Assembly: GCA_027492035.1 (NCBI GenBank)
Contig: JAOZFT010000004.1
Location: 544,001 to 608,000, forward strand
DNA length: 64,000 bases
Source of the DNA: Thermoproteota archaeon
GTDB taxonomy: Archaea; Korarchaeota; JAOZGF01; JAOZFZ01
Direction: 5' to 3'
Shown here: positions 40,867-49,912 of the stretch, one piece after another
How the letters are laid out: the number at the start of each line of letters is the position of its first letter
How positions within the stretch are numbered: the first letter of the stretch is position 1
Notes under the pieces: generated by a model
Database searches by the model: none
Told to the model about the DNA's origin: nothing
The model's input: only the letters and a program-made list of their open reading frames with translations
Program-made: the position numbers and the translations under genes

Positions 40867-41349
40867 TTGCTGCATCTCTTCAACTACAAAAAAAAATTTA
40901 GAAAAGAGAAGGCAACCTCAACCCCGGTTACAACAATCATTCTAGTGGTGATAGGGATAAGTTTAGCTTTAACGTTGGCGTTAATAGCCTCAAACATTTT
41001 CACTACAAACTCGCAAATAGAGAAAGTTCAGGTAACAAATTTAGGATGTTACGAAAACCAAAAAAACCTAACAATAAAGTTTGAAATCTCCAATAAAGGA
41101 AGCGCAGCAGCCACAATAACCTCCATACTAGTAAATGGAAAACCAGCTGAAAACTTCTTCGACTACTTCAACAAAACAACCCAGAAAAAATTCAAAAAAA
41201 TACACTTAAACCCAGGAGAAACAAAAAAATATACTCTAATAGATAGCTTCCTCAACTCAACTGAAAGAAAAATAAAAAGAGGAGTAACTTATCAAATAAT
41301 TTTTCAAACAGCTAAAGGAAACAGTTACATTGAACAAGTAACTACTTAA
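40867..41349 (+). CDS. archaeal type IV pilin
   Basis: KEKA|TSTPVTTIILVVIGISLAL; N.G....TI..I.VNG; GVTYQI..QTAKGN.Y, similar to the two major pilins. Confidence 0.8.
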   Translation: MLHLFNYKKKFRKEKATSTPVTTIILVVIGISLALTLALIASNIFTTNSQIEKVQVTNLGCYENQKNLTIKFEISNKGSAAATITSILVNGKPAENFFDYFNKTTQKKFKKIHLNPGETKKYTLIDSFLNSTERKIKRGVTYQIIFQTAKGNSYIEQVTT

Positions 41350-41384
41350 TTGCAGAAACAAGTCCTGCCGAGAAAGATAAAAAA

Positions 41385-41969
41385 CTAAAGCAAATGGATA
41401 TCTCTCTTAATCTTCAAGGAGTAAATTATTAAAGCAGCCCCGCATGCAATAAAAACCTCCAAGAAACCAGCTTTAAGAAGTTCAAAAACGCTACGGGTCA
41501 AATCAAACCAATAAATCAAAGAAAGAATCACAGTTAAAGAAAAAATAAAAGTACCCACAAAAAGTAAAACATTTGAAAACCTATCCCTCTTCCTTCTATA
41601 CTCAGGATCCGCCTTAAACAAATTACAAGCCTTAACCTTAACCCTTTCAGGCACCTTAACATTTTCAATTTCCTTAACGGCTTCAGAAACAAAAGAAACA
41701 GCTTTAAAAGCCTCCTCCCTAGAAGGAAAAAAATCTTTATGAAGACAGGAATTCCTCAATTTACGAAGTCCATGCAACTGCCTCCAATGAGGAATCCTAA
41801 CACCATGGTCCTTTGCAAAATAAAGAATATCAACTAAACCAGCCCTGTGAAAATCAGGGATGCCGAACACAACCCTAAGCCTTAACTCCAAAGCCTTAAC
41901 AGCATAAATAATTGCAGCTTCATAAAAACCAGAATCCAAAGCCTTCCAAGCCTTAATTAATAAATCCAA
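41385..41969 (-). CDS. HEPN-like (DUF4145-like) domain with two C-terminal TM helices
   Basis: A...L..G.Y.AAI..A..ALE..L helix, RKLRNSCLH (Rx4H), PSREEA..A; then two hydrophobic helices. Confidence 0.7.
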   Translation of the reverse strand: MDLLIKAWKALDSGFYEAAIIYAVKALELRLRVVFGIPDFHRAGLVDILYFAKDHGVRIPHWRQLHGLRKLRNSCLHKDFFPSREEAFKAVSFVSEAVKEIENVKVPERVKVKACNLFKADPEYRRKRDRFSNVLLFVGTFIFSLTVILSLIYWFDLTRSVFELLKAGFLEVFIACGAALIIYSLKIKRDIHLL

Positions 41970-42138
41970 AACCCAAACTCACCTTCCCCTAAAAAGAAAA
42001 ACTTAAATAGTGAATAAAAAAGGGGTACTTCATCCATAAAAAAAATCTTTTGAAAAATTTTTGAAAAAGAAAAATTTAAAAAAAGTAAGTACCATAGATA
42101 AGTATTTTTGGTGAATATTTAAAAGTTTTTAAGAAAAG

Positions 42139-42573
42139 GTGAAAAAATTGGTTAAGAAACTTTTAAAAAATAAGAAAGGGATATCACCAGTAATAGCGAC
42201 AGTCATAATCGTGGCAGTAGCAATAGCTATAGCCATAGCAGTGGCGTTATGGGCAACAGGACTAGTAGGAACTTTCACAAGGTACGAAAAACTAGAAGTA
42301 TCTGCAGCATGGGCGAACAGTACTGGAGTTTATCTGATTGCGAATAACACAGGCTCCTCCACGGTAACTGTTAGTAGTGTCTTTGTAAATGGGGAACCTG
42401 CTAGTGCGTTTGGTGCTACTGTTTCTAGTCCTAGTTTACCATGCACTATTAGCCCTGGCAATGGACAATTATTTAAGATAACTTCCAGCAACTTTAAGTC
42501 AGGCGTAACATACGAAATTACACTTCACACTGCTTCTGGTAAAGATTATCCTAAATCGGTAACTGTGCCTTGA
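42139..42573 (+). CDS. major archaeal type IV pilin (copy A)
   Basis: KKG|ISPVIATVIIVAVAIAIAIAVALW class III signal; followed by an oligo-T tract. Confidence 0.9.
   Translation: MKKLVKKLLKNKKGISPVIATVIIVAVAIAIAIAVALWATGLVGTFTRYEKLEVSAAWANSTGVYLIANNTGSSTVTVSSVFVNGEPASAFGATVSSPSLPCTISPGNGQLFKITSSNFKSGVTYEITLHTASGKDYPKSVTVP
42221..42260 (+). repeat. 40-bp exact inverted repeat, copy 1 (partner 63680-63719)
   Basis: CAATAGCTATAGCCATAGCAGTGGCGTTATGGGCAACAGG, compared base by base. Confidence 0.92.
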
Positions 42574-42588
42574 AACTTTGCACATTAC

Positions 42589-42606
42589 CCCCCCTTTTTC
42601 TTTTTA
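42589..42606 (+). terminator. archaeal oligo-T terminator
   Basis: C-run then TTTTTCTTTTTT, about 15 bp after the pilin stop. Confidence 0.5.
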
Positions 42607-43125
42607 AGAAAGCTGAATTTTTGCTATAGAAATCCTAAACAGTTATTCTCTTCCTATATTTTATTTAAACTTACGCTTAAGGTTCCTATTTTGCAGATTC
42701 CCTAAAATTTTTCTTTTAGAATTTGGGGGCTAAATAGTAACTTTTATGGAATAAAATTTTGCAAAACAAAAGATGTAACGATATACGATATCACAGCAAT
42801 TGCTGGAACCAAAAACTAGGCTAGTGTTCAGGAATTTATTCAACTAATAACGGAGCTGGTATGTAAAACCGAAATTCTGTTGAAATGAAAGAGAAAAATA
42901 TAGAAATAAGGAAAAAAGAAGGCTAAAAAATGTAACAAAGAAGAAAAGACCATAAAAAGGGATCATAATTTTTCTTGAAGGCATAGGAAAAATTAAAAAG
43001 TAAAGACTTATCTTCCTATAAGAGACTCCTCTTCTCATTTAATTTATGTCTTATATGCCTGTTAAGAACTTTGTTAATAAGTTGTTTAAAGAAATTGTTT
43101 GAAGAATGTTTTGGGGGTTTGGGAA

Positions 43126-43923
43126 ATGGATGTTGTTGTTTGTGTGAAATCTGTCCCTTTAAGTGAACAAGAAATCGTTATTAATGAGGAAGAAACCGGT
43201 GTTGTTAAGGAGAATTTTAAGTATGAAATGAATGAATGGGACTCCTATGCTTTAGAGGAAGCTGTTCAGTTGAAAGAGAAACTTGGCGGAAAAGTTACAG
43301 TAGTGACTGCTGGAGCTCCTAACTGGAACTTAGACTTTGTTTTGCGGGAGTGCTATGCCAAAGGTGCAGATGAAGCAGTTAAAGTTGTTGATGAAGCTTT
43401 TGAGCAACTTGACCCCCTCACCACTGCCAAAGTTTTGGCTGAAGTAATTAAGAAATTAAATTATGACTTGGTTTTGACAGGGGTTCAGGCTTCTGATGAC
43501 AACTACACTCAAACAGGGGTTACTTTAGCCAAATTGCTTGGTTTACCTCATGTTTCAGTTGTAACCAAGGTTGGGGTTTCGCAGGATCAAAAATTTTTAA
43601 CTGTGAATCAGGAATTGGAAGGGGGATATGAACAAATTATCCAAGTTTCTTTACCTGCTTTGTTAACTATACAGACAGGAATAAATCAACCAAGGTATGC
43701 TTCTTTAATGAAGATAAGGGCAGCTATGAAGAAGGAAATTAAAACCTTAAAACTTGAAGATTTAGGGTTTACCAGAGACAAATTACTTGGAATGGTTCCT
43801 GTTAAAGTTGAAAGAGTTTTTACACCTAAAGTTGAGAAAGCTGTAAAATTCTTGAAAGGTTCTCCTGAAGAAATTGCTCAACAAATAGTTGAAATACTGA
43901 AGGATAAAGGATTGATTGGGTGA
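43126..43923 (+). CDS. etfB: electron transfer flavoprotein beta subunit
   Basis: MDVVVCVKSVP, MNEWDSYALEEA, AKGADEA, GVQASD, INQPRY. Confidence 0.95.
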   Translation: MDVVVCVKSVPLSEQEIVINEEETGVVKENFKYEMNEWDSYALEEAVQLKEKLGGKVTVVTAGAPNWNLDFVLRECYAKGADEAVKVVDEAFEQLDPLTTAKVLAEVIKKLNYDLVLTGVQASDDNYTQTGVTLAKLLGLPHVSVVTKVGVSQDQKFLTVNQELEGGYEQIIQVSLPALLTIQTGINQPRYASLMKIRAAMKKEIKTLKLEDLGFTRDKLLGMVPVKVERVFTPKVEKAVKFLKGSPEEIAQQIVEILKDKGLIG

Positions 43924-44914
43924 GGCTGAGGTGTCTGAAGTAATTGTAGTTGCTGAACAAAGAGAGGGGAAATTTAGAGACGTAACTTTTGAATTAATAA
44001 GTAAAGCTAAAGAATTGAGTAAAAGTAGCGGTTTCAAAATTACAGGGGTTATCTTAGGCTATGGAACCAACGAACTAGCGCAGGAACTGTCCCTTTATGG
44101 TTTAGACGAAGTTGTTTCTATTGAACATGAAATTTTAAAAAATTACAGCTGTGAAGGGTACGTGAAGGCGCTTTCAAGTTTCTTAAGGGAAAGAGAACCT
44201 GTTTTAACAATGATAGGTCACACTGTTTATGGTTTAGACTACGCTCCAGCTTTAGCTGCAGAGTTAAATTTTCCGTTAGTGACTGATTGCATAAATTTGT
44301 CGATGGAGAACAGGAAACTAAAGGTTACGCGGCAGATGTACAGTGGGAAAATAAATGTTGAATTCAGTTTCCCCAGGGCAGAAAAATACATGGTTACTGT
44401 TAGGCCTACAGTGTTTAAACCAGCTGAAAAAACAGGGAAAAAATCTAGAGTAGTTAAAGTTAAGGCTGAAATACCGGTTAAGGAACTGAAAACAAAATTT
44501 ATTGAATTAATCAAGCCTTCAGCTGAAGAAGTAGATATTTCGCAAGCAGACGTAATTGTTTCTGTTGGGAGGGGAATAGGTGATAAAGATAACTTGCCCA
44601 TTGTTGAATCTTTAGCTGAAGCAATAGGTGCAGCTTTAGGGGCTTCAAGACCTGTTGTTGACAATGGCTGGCTTCCTAAAAGTAGGCAGGTGGGACAGTC
44701 AGGGAAAACAGTTAAGCCAAAGGTTTACTTAGCAGTAGGGATTTCAGGTGCTATGCAGCATGTTATGGGTATGAAGGGAAGCGAAACAGTTATAGCAATA
44801 AATAAAGACCCTAATGCACCAATATTTGATGTTTCTGACTATGGTGTTGTAGCTAACTTATTTGACATAGTTCCAACTTTAACGGAAACTATAAAGAAAA
44901 TAAGGGGAACTTAA
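43916..44914 (+). CDS. etfA: electron transfer flavoprotein alpha subunit
   Basis: VSVGRG, GASRPVVD, QVGQSGK, GISGAMQH..GM, AINKDP.APIF. Confidence 0.96.
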   Translation: MGEAEVSEVIVVAEQREGKFRDVTFELISKAKELSKSSGFKITGVILGYGTNELAQELSLYGLDEVVSIEHEILKNYSCEGYVKALSSFLREREPVLTMIGHTVYGLDYAPALAAELNFPLVTDCINLSMENRKLKVTRQMYSGKINVEFSFPRAEKYMVTVRPTVFKPAEKTGKKSRVVKVKAEIPVKELKTKFIELIKPSAEEVDISQADVIVSVGRGIGDKDNLPIVESLAEAIGAALGASRPVVDNGWLPKSRQVGQSGKTVKPKVYLAVGISGAMQHVMGMKGSETVIAINKDPNAPIFDVSDYGVVANLFDIVPTLTETIKKIRGT

Positions 44915-45289
44915 GTATTACTTCCCCCTTTTTCAAAACATTATTCAAGTTTTCAACAAAGTCCTTTAAAGAATAGCTTATAAGAGCCCTCCTTTCCTAC
45001 TGGCTTCATAGAACCCCTTTGCTCCTTATTTTTCATGAGTCAGTTTACACTTCGCCTTTCAACTTCCCTTTTTTTACTTTGGACAATAAATTATTTACAC
45101 GTGCTTTTTGTCCTGTATATTAGCCTTTCATGGTTAAATGATCCTTGTTAAGTCGCTGGCGTTAACAGCCTCATTTCTTAAACACATTTTTTTACTTTCT
45201 TTCTAGGTTTTATTTCTAAGTGGTCCGGGAGTCCTGTAAAAAAGGAAAGTTGGTTACAGAAACTAAAAATTTTTTTAAACTTAATATTT

Positions 45290-46453
45290 TTAGAAGTTTT
45301 TGAGTACCCTTCTCGCTATAACTATCCTTTGTATTTCGTTTGTTCCTTCATATATTTCAGTTATTTTGGCGTCTCTGAAGTATCTTTCAACAGGGTAATC
45401 CTTTGTGTACCCGTATCCTCCATGTATCTGGATTGCTTTAATTGTTGTTTTCATTGCTACTTCTGAAGCGTAAAGTTTAGCCATTGAAGAAAGCTTAATG
45501 TACTCTTCCTTTTCTCCTTTATCTTTCAGGTATGCTGCTTTTAAAATTAAAAGTCTTGCTGCTTCAATTTCTGTGGCCATGTCTGCAAGCATCCATTGAA
45601 TAGCTTGGAAATTACTTATTGGTTTCTGAAACTGAACTCTTTCTTTCGAGTACTTTACACTTGCTTCAAAAGCTGCTTGGGCAATTCCTAAAGCTTGGGC
45701 ACCTATCCCTATCCTTCCACCATCCAATGTAAACATAGCTATTTTAAACCCTTCATTTTCAGTTCCTAAAAGGTTTTCCTTTGGCACTGTACAATTGTTA
45801 AATATTAATTCAGTGGTTGAACTTCCTCTAATTCCAAGCTTCTTTTCTTCTTTTCCAACTTTGAAGCCCTTAAAGCCTTTCTCAACAATGAAGGCACTTA
45901 TTCCTCTATGTCTCTGCTCCTTTGTACCTGTCCTTGCAAAAACAATGAAGATTTTAGCTTCTTTACCGTTTGTGATGAACTGTTTGTTCCCATTTAGAAT
46001 ATAAAAATCTCCTTCTTTAACAGCTTTACATTCTATTCCTGCAGCATCTGAGCCATAATTAGGTTCTGTTAAGGCAAAAGCACCGAGTTTTTGGCCACTA
46101 GCTAAAGGTTTCAGGTATTTACTTCTTTGTTCATTGTTTCCAAACTTATAAAGAGGGTCACAGACTAGGGAGTTGTTGACAGACATTATTACACCAACAG
46201 ATGCACTGGCCTTAGAAATTTCTTCTTCAGCTAAAGCGTAACTTACAGTGTCCAAACCTGCTCCTCCATACTCTTCAGGAATAAATACACCCATTAAACC
46301 AAGTTCACCCATTTTTTTAATTACTTTTTCTGGGAAAACCTCTTTCTCATCTATTTCTGCAGCAATCGGCTCTATTTCTTTTTCAGCAAATTCTTTAGCC
46401 ATTTTTCTAGTCATTTCTTGTTCAGGTGTAAACTTGAAATCCAACAGCTTCAC
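45290..46453 (-). CDS. acyl-CoA (butyryl-CoA-type) dehydrogenase
   Basis: ALTEP..GSD, NGNKQFITNG, KLGIRGS, QIHGGYGY, IYEGTNEIQR. Confidence 0.95.
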   Translation of the reverse strand: MKLLDFKFTPEQEMTRKMAKEFAEKEIEPIAAEIDEKEVFPEKVIKKMGELGLMGVFIPEEYGGAGLDTVSYALAEEEISKASASVGVIMSVNNSLVCDPLYKFGNNEQRSKYLKPLASGQKLGAFALTEPNYGSDAAGIECKAVKEGDFYILNGNKQFITNGKEAKIFIVFARTGTKEQRHRGISAFIVEKGFKGFKVGKEEKKLGIRGSSTTELIFNNCTVPKENLLGTENEGFKIAMFTLDGGRIGIGAQALGIAQAAFEASVKYSKERVQFQKPISNFQAIQWMLADMATEIEAARLLILKAAYLKDKGEKEEYIKLSSMAKLYASEVAMKTTIKAIQIHGGYGYTKDYPVERYFRDAKITEIYEGTNEIQRIVIARRVLKNF

Positions 46454-46461
46454 CTACTTTT

Positions 46462-47244
46462 TCACTTCCCCTTAAACTCAGGTTTCCTTTTTTCAAGAAA
46501 AGCTTCCATCCCTTCCTTATGATCTTCTGTTGAAAAGCATAAAGAGAAAAGTTCAGTTTCTAATTCGCACCCCCTATTTAAATCCATGTTAAATCCTTCA
46601 TTCAACGCCTTTTTAACGAATGACAAAATTAAGCTGCTTTTGTTTGTTATCTCTTTAGCTAACTCCATAACTTTACTCATTAACTCCTCTTTTTTAACTA
46701 CTAAATCCACTAACCCAATTTCTAATGCTTCTTCAGCATTTAAAACTTTCCCTGTGTAAATAAGCATTTTAGCCTTGCTTAAACCCACTAATCTACTTAA
46801 CCTTTGAGTTCCTCCCCAGCCCGGAATTATTCCAAGGTTTATTTCTGGCTGTCCAATTCTGACATTTTCAGAAGCAACCCTTAAATCACAGGCTAAAGCT
46901 AGTTCGCAGCCTCCACCTAAAGCATAACCGTTTATAGCAGCTATGACGGGTTTGTTTAGGTTTTCAATTTTCTTCGTCACTTCATGCCCTAAAATAGAAA
47001 AAACTCTGGCCTCTTGAAAACTCATTTTCTCCATTTTCTTTATGTCAGCTCCTGCGGAGAAAGCCTTTTCACCAGCACCAGTTAAAACTACAGTTTTAAC
47101 AGTGTCATCTCTTTCCAAAACAGTGAAAACTTCAAGTAGCTCCCTTAATCCTTCAAGGTTTAAAGTGTTTAATTTTTCGGGTCTATTCAACTTGACAACT
47201 GCAATTTCTTCTTCTTTATTTACTTCAACATACTTGAAATCCAT
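46462..47244 (-). CDS. crt: enoyl-CoA hydratase (crotonase)
   Basis: AFSAGADI, GYALGGGCELALACD, QPEINLGIIPGWGGTQRL. Confidence 0.92.
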   Translation of the reverse strand: MDFKYVEVNKEEEIAVVKLNRPEKLNTLNLEGLRELLEVFTVLERDDTVKTVVLTGAGEKAFSAGADIKKMEKMSFQEARVFSILGHEVTKKIENLNKPVIAAINGYALGGGCELALACDLRVASENVRIGQPEINLGIIPGWGGTQRLSRLVGLSKAKMLIYTGKVLNAEEALEIGLVDLVVKKEELMSKVMELAKEITNKSSLILSFVKKALNEGFNMDLNRGCELETELFSLCFSTEDHKEGMEAFLEKRKPEFKGK

Positions 47245-47413
47245 TTCTTAACTCTCCCCCCTTCAGAAAACAAGAAAATTATTTTCCTATCTTCTTGTGT
47301 TTTTACTGTAATTTCTACTGTATTTTTTAAAAAGGTTCTTTTTATTTTTTAATTGCTGTTCTCTTTTTTCTTTAAAGGAAGGGAGTTAGAAAATGTTAAG
47401 GAAGGTGTGAATA

Positions 47414-49099
47414 ATGAAAAATAAGGAAATACATATTCTCTTGTTAACAATACTTTTCATAGGTTCCCTTCTTATGTTCACTTATCAAGTTACTGGACAA
47501 GGTTTGGAATGGGAAATTTTGAAAGAATTTTACAACCTAGAAATAAATAGGGATGGTTCAGTAAATCTTTACCTCTACTTGAAATTCCACCTTTTAAGAG
47601 GTCAAATTCAAAAATGTGTTTCAATTCCCCTTCCGAACAAGTACTTCTCAAATGTGCAAGTCTCAACTAACGACAGCAGAAACTGGATAAATTACTACAG
47701 GGAAGAGAAAAATAACTGGAATGGTTTAACAGTTTATGTGGCGCGAACCCTTAATTCAGGGGAAGAATTCACAATTGAAGTTACCGCTAAAATAAACAAA
47801 ATAATTTACAGCGACGAAACAAATAAAGGGAATGTGGGGGTAATGTTCATTCCAGCTTGGTGGGAAAGTCCACCTGCAGAAATAAAAAAGTTAAGGATAC
47901 GTATAGTCCTGCCTGAGGGAGTTAAAATAGAAGATGTGAAAACCACCCAAAACTACTGGATGAACAGTGGATTAACTAAGGACGGAAGGACATGGGTGTA
48001 TTGGGAAAAACAGAACCTACCGCCAACCACGAAGTACATAGTTGGAGTTTCCTTTCCTAAACAATACGTACAAACCGGTAAAGAAAAGCCTTTTTCAGTA
48101 ACAGAAAACCCTTCCCCTACTGAACCCTTAAACTTTTTCTTCAACCTGTTCCCTTTCCTACTTTTCACTGGGTTCATATTCTACACTTTAATTAGAAGAC
48201 CAATTATAAGGAATGAGTATAAAGATCCAGAGTTCGAAATAGAGTTTATGGGCCCAAGAAAAGACTTGGATCCTGTTGAAGCAGCTGTTTTGTTGAAAAC
48301 ACATCCAGGAAAAATAATATCTATGATCCTTTTCTCTTTAGCTATGAAAGGAGCCATAAAAATACTAAGTTACACCCCTTTAAAAATAGGAAAAGAAGAA
48401 CCGCTCTTAAAACTGAAAAGATACGAAAGTATGGTTTTGAAATGCATAATAAATAATGTTCTTGAAGAGAAATGCCTAATAAATACTTTAAGGTATATAA
48501 GGAAAAGAGTTGATTATAAGGTGAGGTATTTTTGCAGAAAAGAAACAGAGGAATATTATCAAAAACTTGTTGAAAAGAAATGGAACCGGATAAAACACAC
48601 AAAACTAGCAAGTGAAGCATTTAAACAATACCAAAGACAACTACTTTGGCTATTCATAGATAAAGACTTTAAAAAGAAAACAGAGGAAGAAATGCAAAGA
48701 AAAAAACAGACGGAGCCTATTCCAGTACCTGAAATCTATATTTATTACTTCCCAGTTCCAACTTACACTTCACCAACAAAAGAAATTCCCTCAACAACGC
48801 AAAAACCAGGAATAAAAACTCCAACTGCTACACTGCCAACATCAACTTCACAGCCGGTACCAGTAATCACATCAATAGAAAAATTTGCTAATCAAGTGGC
48901 ATCTGCAATTGAACAAACATCAAACCAGGTAATCAAGAACATAGAGGAAGCAGCGAAAGTGCTTACAACACCTCACGAGCAAACTCAACAAACCTCTCAC
49001 GTATCTAGCAGGTCCTGTGTCTGTGCATGTGTATCCTGCGCCTGTGCCTGCGCCTGCGTAAGTTGCGCTTGCGCCTGTGCTGGAGGAGGAGCAGGATAA
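47414..49099 (+). CDS. DUF2207-like membrane protein with C-terminal Cys-Ala repeat tail
   Basis: Signal peptide, I..DGS extracellular domain, GVSFP, one TM, L.PVEAAVL; ends SCVCACVSCACACACVSCACACAGGGAG. Confidence 0.75.
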   Translation: MKNKEIHILLLTILFIGSLLMFTYQVTGQGLEWEILKEFYNLEINRDGSVNLYLYLKFHLLRGQIQKCVSIPLPNKYFSNVQVSTNDSRNWINYYREEKNNWNGLTVYVARTLNSGEEFTIEVTAKINKIIYSDETNKGNVGVMFIPAWWESPPAEIKKLRIRIVLPEGVKIEDVKTTQNYWMNSGLTKDGRTWVYWEKQNLPPTTKYIVGVSFPKQYVQTGKEKPFSVTENPSPTEPLNFFFNLFPFLLFTGFIFYTLIRRPIIRNEYKDPEFEIEFMGPRKDLDPVEAAVLLKTHPGKIISMILFSLAMKGAIKILSYTPLKIGKEEPLLKLKRYESMVLKCIINNVLEEKCLINTLRYIRKRVDYKVRYFCRKETEEYYQKLVEKKWNRIKHTKLASEAFKQYQRQLLWLFIDKDFKKKTEEEMQRKKQTEPIPVPEIYIYYFPVPTYTSPTKEIPSTTQKPGIKTPTATLPTSTSQPVPVITSIEKFANQVASAIEQTSNQVIKNIEEAAKVLTTPHEQTQQTSHVSSRSCVCACVSCACACACVSCACACAGGGAG

Positions 49100-49522
49100 T
49101 TACAAAATTAACTTTATAACCTATTAACTTTTCTAGTTCACTTACAACTTCAATGGACTTATTCTTTACAATTAAAAACTGAAAATCAATTTTCCGTTCA
49201 AATTTTCCTCTATGATGCACACTTCACTTCCTATCCTTCCAGCTTCCTCAACTCTTTTAATACTAAAATATTACTTCCTCAACTGCGGGTAAGTTTCTTT
49301 AATTTTAAAATTGCCAGGATTATCAACTTTAAATTCTTTATTGTTCAATTTATCAATCAGGATACTTCCTTTCGGTAGAAAGGATAAATTAAGGTAAGAA
49401 GTTGTGTTTTTCTCTTGAAAATTCACTGTAAGAACTTTCGCTAAGTTTTCTAGAATAAACTGCTTAGCCTCAGCTTCTCTAACGGTTCCTTCACCAGTTA
49501 CATTTTCATTTTTAATTTTCAA
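49100..49522 (-). pseudogene. decayed gene fragment(s), function unknown
   Basis: Reading continues past the TAA at 49271 (YFSIKRVEEAGRIG..) and then in another frame (ERKIDFQFLIV..LEKLIGYKVNF). Confidence 0.3.
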
Positions 49523-49912
49523 TCTTTAAACCTAAAACTTACCTTCTTGGTCTTTTAAACATTTTCTGTTCTGGAAAGAATCAGTTTCAGTTTGTGACTC
49601 CAAGGGGGTTCGTATTGGGAAAAGGGTGAAAAGAAAAATAGTGTCCTCCACTTAGATTTACTTAGATTAAGAGTTAGTTATAATAGTTGAATCTTGGCTC
49701 TCAATTATTGAAGAACATAGAAGTTCTGGGTATCCAAAAAAGGAGGTGGCTCAAGCAGAATTTGAACTTGCACCAGCAGCTGAAAATGGGGTGGATAAAG
49801 AAATAATAAAAACTTTAAACATTCTCTTCAACGAAGGAAGTGAATCCTTAAATTCAACAAGTTTACGATAAAAACATATAACTTTATTTTTCTATGAAAA
49901 ACTTTATTTTTT

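Noticed and set aside
41990-42140. AT-rich tract as a replication-origin unwinding element
   Set aside because: No ORB consensus or cdc6 nearby; explainable as a divergent promoter region. Kept only as an alternative in the skew finding.
42844-43038. 64-aa hydrophobic minus-strand ORF
   Set aside because: The Phe/Leu content reflects an A-rich + strand; no RBS or motif.
44915-45289. Intergenic gap with TGGTCCGGG (tRNA-end-like) and coding-like fragments
   Set aside because: No T-loop at the right spacing and no coherent reading frame.
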